A stretch of 24,036 bases of DNA, taken from positions 1 to 24,036 of IMG/VR virus record IMGVR_UViG_3300048917_000230. The stretch is one strand, 5' to 3'. A program made the translations under genes and the position numbers. The stretch comes from a virus. Shown piece after piece: positions 21,145 through 24,036 of this stretch. Numbering within the stretch: the stretch's first letter is position 1; every line of letters begins with the position of its first letter. The notes beneath the pieces were generated by a model that saw only the letters and a program-made list of their open reading frames with translations, made no database searches and was not told the DNA's origin.

Positions 21145-21480
21145 GTGACCATCAACGTCAACCAAACCACCGAGCCCGTGAACCTGACCTGGTATCAGGG
21201 CGACAGCAGCGTCCAGACGTTTCGGTTCCTCACCGCACCCGACCAACCATGGGACCTGTCGCATGTGTTCGTCCGCAGCACAGCCCGCTCCACGTTGGGC
21301 GACAGTGTCGAGCTGACCGTGCACATCGACGACCCCACCACGGGCCTGGTCAGCATCTACCCGCCCCTCGCCGGGCTGCAGCCGGACCTGTACGACTACG
21401 ACGTGCAGTTCAACGACGGCCAACGCACCGCAACCTGGATCCACGGCCGCATCCAAGTCCGAAAGGACGTCACCACATGA
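21145..21480 (+). CDS. Ig-like (BppU_N-like) small structural protein
   Basis: GTG 21145. VNLTWYQGDSSVQTFRFL...WDLSHVFVRSTARS...VELTVHIDDPTTGLVSIY...LYDYDVQFNDGQRTATWIHGRIQVRKDV matches the baseplate-upper-protein N-terminal Ig-like pattern. Confidence 0.55.
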   Translation: MTINVNQTTEPVNLTWYQGDSSVQTFRFLTAPDQPWDLSHVFVRSTARSTLGDSVELTVHIDDPTTGLVSIYPPLAGLQPDLYDYDVQFNDGQRTATWIHGRIQVRKDVTT

Positions 21481-22130
21481 CCATCACCACACAGGGTGGC
21501 CCGCCGCAAATCATCGAAGTCCAGATCCCGTCCGGCCCACCAGGCCCACAAGGACCGGCCGGCCCAGCAGGCGCCCCAGGTGCGAGCTCGCTCACCGACC
21601 TGACCGACGTCACCGGTGCAGGCGGCTACGGCCAATCACCCGTCGACGACGGCTCCTCCACTTTCCCGCTCACACGGGTCACCACACAGGAAGACCTGCA
21701 GGCTGTGCTCGCATCCGTCGCCGCCGTCACATGGCACGACATCGGTGCTGCGGGTGAGCCCGCATTCCAATCAAGCTTCCGCAACATCGGCGACCCATGG
21801 TCACCCGCACGGTTCCGCATCCTCGCCAACAGCACGGTGCGTATGCAGGGCACCGTTACGTGCGACGACCCCACCATCGCCGATGCGAACTGGATCCCCA
21901 TCTTCACCCTCCCACCCGAAGCACGCCCCGACTACAACCTCGAGTTCATGGCGCTCACCAACGACAACGCCATCAGCAAGCTCTACGTCTGGGACGACGG
22001 CACCGTCGTCTGGGCCGGCTACGCCATCGGCACCCACGCCCCGATCACCCGCCTCCCACTCAACTTCCTCTCCTGGTCAACGACAGGGCCAGCGACGATG
22101 CTCGCCGACGCCATGGCTGCGAGGCCGTGA
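21477..22130 (+). CDS. Collagen-like repeat fibre protein with globular C-terminal domain
   Basis: ATGA overlap with the upstream stop. There are six G-X-Y triplets (GPPGPQGPAGPAGAPGAS, nt 21534-21587), followed by a beta-rich C-terminal domain. Confidence 0.7.
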   Translation: MTITTQGGPPQIIEVQIPSGPPGPQGPAGPAGAPGASSLTDLTDVTGAGGYGQSPVDDGSSTFPLTRVTTQEDLQAVLASVAAVTWHDIGAAGEPAFQSSFRNIGDPWSPARFRILANSTVRMQGTVTCDDPTIADANWIPIFTLPPEARPDYNLEFMALTNDNAISKLYVWDDGTVVWAGYAIGTHAPITRLPLNFLSWSTTGPATMLADAMAARP

Positions 22131-22193
22131 GTTTTTTTGTGCGGTGATGACCCGCCCGCCGCTGCAGTCAGATTTTTCCCCGTGTGAGCCGAG
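22131..22193. promoter_or_regulatory. T-tract-containing intergenic region upstream of TerL (candidate cos/pac or late-operon control region)
   Basis: T7 at 22132-22138 and T5 at 22173-22177 stand out in an otherwise GC-rich genome. This is the only gap between the fibre pair and the packaging gene. Confidence 0.4.
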
Positions 22194-23948
22194 ATGACGA
22201 GCTCGACGGCGGCTCGGGGCTATAGCGGGGCGCATCAGCGGATACGGAAAGAGTGGGCGCCGTTGGTGAAGGCGGGCAAGGTTGATTGCGCGAGGTGTGG
22301 CCGGCCGATCGGGGCGTTCGAGCCGTGGGATCTGGGGCATGTCGACGGCAGCCGTGTTCGGTATCAGGGGCCGGAGCATGTGCGGTGTAACCGGGCGACG
22401 TCGTCGCGTCGGCCTGGTGCCAGGTCTCGGCCCCGTCCGGTGCCGCCGGTTGCGCCGCCGGCGCCGGTGTTGGAGCGGCCGGGGTTGTTGGCTTCGGATG
22501 AGCGGTGGCGTGTTCCGTGGTTGCGTGGGTTGCGGAGGGTGCCGAAGGACGCGACGTGGCCGAGGTTGATGACGGTTCCGCACCCTTCTGCGGTGGGGTC
22601 GTTGGGGCCGCAGTTCATCCGGTGGGCTGAGGCACGGGAGGGCAGGCCGTTGCGGTGGTGGCAGCGGCTTGTCGCGACGAGGCTGCTCGAGGTCGACGGC
22701 GACGGGTCGTTGCTGTGGGAGACGATGGTGTTGTCGATGGCCCGCCAGCTCGGGAAGTCGTGGCTGCTCCGCGAGTTGTTGTTGTGGCGGATCCATCAGG
22801 GAGACCGGTTCGGCGAGCCGCAGGACTGTCTCCACACGGGCAAAGACATCGCGGTTTGCAAAGAGATCCAGCGGCCCGCCCGGTTGTGGGCGCGTGCGCA
22901 GCCGGACCTGTACAAGGTGCGTGAGGTCAACGGGCAGGAGTCGATCGAGTACCTCGCCGACGGGTCGAGGTGGATGCTGAAGGCGAAGGGCGCCCCGTAC
23001 GGCTACGGGGTATCGCTTGCCGTCGTCGATGAGGCGTGGAAGGTGAAGCAGGAAGAGGTCGACGACGGGGTGGCGCCGACGCTGGTTGAGCGGCTGCAGA
23101 CGCAGACGCTGCTGGTCTCGACGGCGCACCGGCTCGCGGAAGGGTTGATGGTGAACAGCCGCCGGCTGGCGTTGGAGCAGCTCGAGCAGGGTGACGGTTC
23201 GCTGCTGATCGAATGGTCTGCGCCCGGGGACGCCAAGCTCGACGACGTGAAGACGTGGCGGTTCGCGTCGCCGCACTGGACGCCGAAACGGGAACGGCTG
23301 ATCGGCCAGCAGCTGCAGGCCGCCCAGTCCGGCGAGCTCAGAGACCCGGACGAGCCGGACCCGCTCGAGTCGTTCAAGGCGCAGTGGCTGAACCAGTGGC
23401 CGGCGAAACGGTTCAGCGGCGACCAACTGGTGCCGCCCGGACGGTGGGCACAACTCGTCGAGTCGGGGCTGCAGGAGTTCGGGCCGTTGTGGGTCGCGGT
23501 CGAAGACGCGCACGGCCACGGCGGCGCCGTCGCAGCCGCCGCACGCACCGAAGACGGAAGGATCGAGGTCGACGGGTGGACGTTCCAGGACTGGGACTCC
23601 GCGATCGACGCTGCTCTGCGGTTGGGGGAGCATCGGAAGATCCGGCAGCTACTCGTCGGCGCGTCGATGTTGTCGCGGGTAGCGCCAGGCACGGTCCCGG
23701 CTCCGATGCCCGCCGGAAGCAGGGAGCTGCGGCCGTGCCTGGCACTGCTCCGCGACCTCGCCGCATCCGGCGCCATCGTCCACGACCCCGCGACAGTCGA
23801 GCTCGACGAGGCTGTGGCGCAGGCCCGTGTCAGGGAGACGTCGTCGGGGTTGCAGTTGACGCTGCAAGAGAAGTCCCACCTCGTACGGGCGCTCGTCTGG
23901 GCGGTCGGCGCGGCGCACAAACCGGCGCCGATGCCGGTGATTCAGTAG
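22194..23948 (+). CDS. terL: Large terminase subunit with in-frame N-terminal HNH endonuclease domain
   Basis: Residues 8-68 read RGYSGAHQRIRKEWAPLVKAGKVDCARCGRPIGAFEPWDLGHVDGSRVRYQGPEHVRCNRA (HNH). An Arg/Pro linker follows. The TerL part has Walker A ARQLGKSW and Walker B-like SLAVVDEAW. The stop is 10 nt before the circular junction repeat. Confidence 0.85.
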   Translation: MTSSTAARGYSGAHQRIRKEWAPLVKAGKVDCARCGRPIGAFEPWDLGHVDGSRVRYQGPEHVRCNRATSSRRPGARSRPRPVPPVAPPAPVLERPGLLASDERWRVPWLRGLRRVPKDATWPRLMTVPHPSAVGSLGPQFIRWAEAREGRPLRWWQRLVATRLLEVDGDGSLLWETMVLSMARQLGKSWLLRELLLWRIHQGDRFGEPQDCLHTGKDIAVCKEIQRPARLWARAQPDLYKVREVNGQESIEYLADGSRWMLKAKGAPYGYGVSLAVVDEAWKVKQEEVDDGVAPTLVERLQTQTLLVSTAHRLAEGLMVNSRRLALEQLEQGDGSLLIEWSAPGDAKLDDVKTWRFASPHWTPKRERLIGQQLQAAQSGELRDPDEPDPLESFKAQWLNQWPAKRFSGDQLVPPGRWAQLVESGLQEFGPLWVAVEDAHGHGGAVAAAARTEDGRIEVDGWTFQDWDSAIDAALRLGEHRKIRQLLVGASMLSRVAPGTVPAPMPAGSRELRPCLALLRDLAASGAIVHDPATVELDEAVAQARVRETSSGLQLTLQEKSHLVRALVWAVGAAHKPAPMPVIQ

Positions 23949-23958
23949 CGCCGACTTG

Positions 23959-24036
23959 CATTAGGCGTATGCTGCTAGGTGATGGCCCGCTTGTTTACGC
24001 GGGCGATCCGGCCGCCCGATCCTGAGATCCCGAACG
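23959..24036. repeat. Right copy of the exact 78-bp terminal direct repeat (identical to 1..78)
   Basis: Base-for-base identity read directly. It contains a truncated duplicate of the portal 5' end. Confidence 0.95.

Larger units (their letters stand above)
1..23958. mobile_element. Complete circularly closed temperate siphovirus-like phage/prophage genome, unit length 23,958 bp
   Basis: The exact 78-bp overlap of the two window ends closes the sequence. Packaging, head, tail, lysis, immunity, integration and recombination/replication modules are all present. Genes are tightly packed and nearly all on one strand. Confidence 0.85.

Noticed and set aside
22101-22138. Intrinsic terminator upstream of the T7 tract
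   Set aside because: The best stem I could find is CTCGC/GCGAG, 5 bp with a 13-nt loop. It ends 8 nt before the T run, which is too weak and too distant for a canonical rho-independent terminator.
22147-22197. 16-aa micro-ORF (MTRPPLQSDFSPCEPR) overlapping the TerL start by ATGA
   Set aside because: It is too short, has no hydrophobic or Cys-pair signature, and lies in a probable regulatory or cos region. It may be a leader ORF, but I cannot support it.
22077-23633. 518-aa minus-strand ORF opposite TerL, with similar cases at 897-2213 and 3409-4560
   Set aside because: These are off-frame, Pro/Arg-rich translations. The sense frames carry Walker motifs, protease motifs and capsid motifs.

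Overview
The window is one complete, self-closing genome of a small temperate siphovirus-like phage or prophage from a high-GC, probably actinobacterial, host. G+C is judged by eye, not computed. Bases 1-78 are repeated exactly at 23959-24036, so the unit length is 23,958 bp and TerL (22194-23948) lies directly upstream of the portal gene (21-1280).

Gene order on the + strand:
- HNH-TerL fusion, portal, HK97-type prohead protease, HK97-fold major capsid protein, and neck proteins.
- Major tail protein, a tail assembly chaperone with a -1 frameshift, tape measure protein, distal tail protein, a LamG tail protein, and tail fibres.
- Lysis genes: a PG-binding+CHAP endolysin and two holin-like genes.

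The only minus-strand block (13688-14624) holds an XRE/CI-like repressor, a signal-peptide Cys-containing protein and a 41-aa Trp-rich membrane peptide.

Back on the + strand:
- Cro-like HTH, tyrosine integrase, and a 314-bp repeat-laden non-coding island.
- A run of translationally coupled zinc-ribbon microproteins and tiny membrane peptides.
- A secreted SLT/Rpf-like transglycosylase, a mini C5 DNA methyltransferase, RecT, a second HNH and a replisome-organizer-like protein.
- A displaced Ig-like plus collagen-like fibre pair just before TerL.

I found no rRNA, tRNA or CRISPR array.

The most unusual points:
1. HNH is covalently fused to TerL and there is no recognisable small terminase.
2. 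A secreted-protein plus membrane-peptide moron pair sits on the lysogeny side.
3. The early region is packed with zinc-ribbon and transmembrane micro-ORFs. It follows an iteron-like island, and an AT-rich 9-11-mer brackets the integrase.
4. The chaperone frameshift uses a C CCC CCA heptamer.
5. A fibre cassette sits outside the tail module.

All functional calls come from motif recognition by eye. No database search was run.
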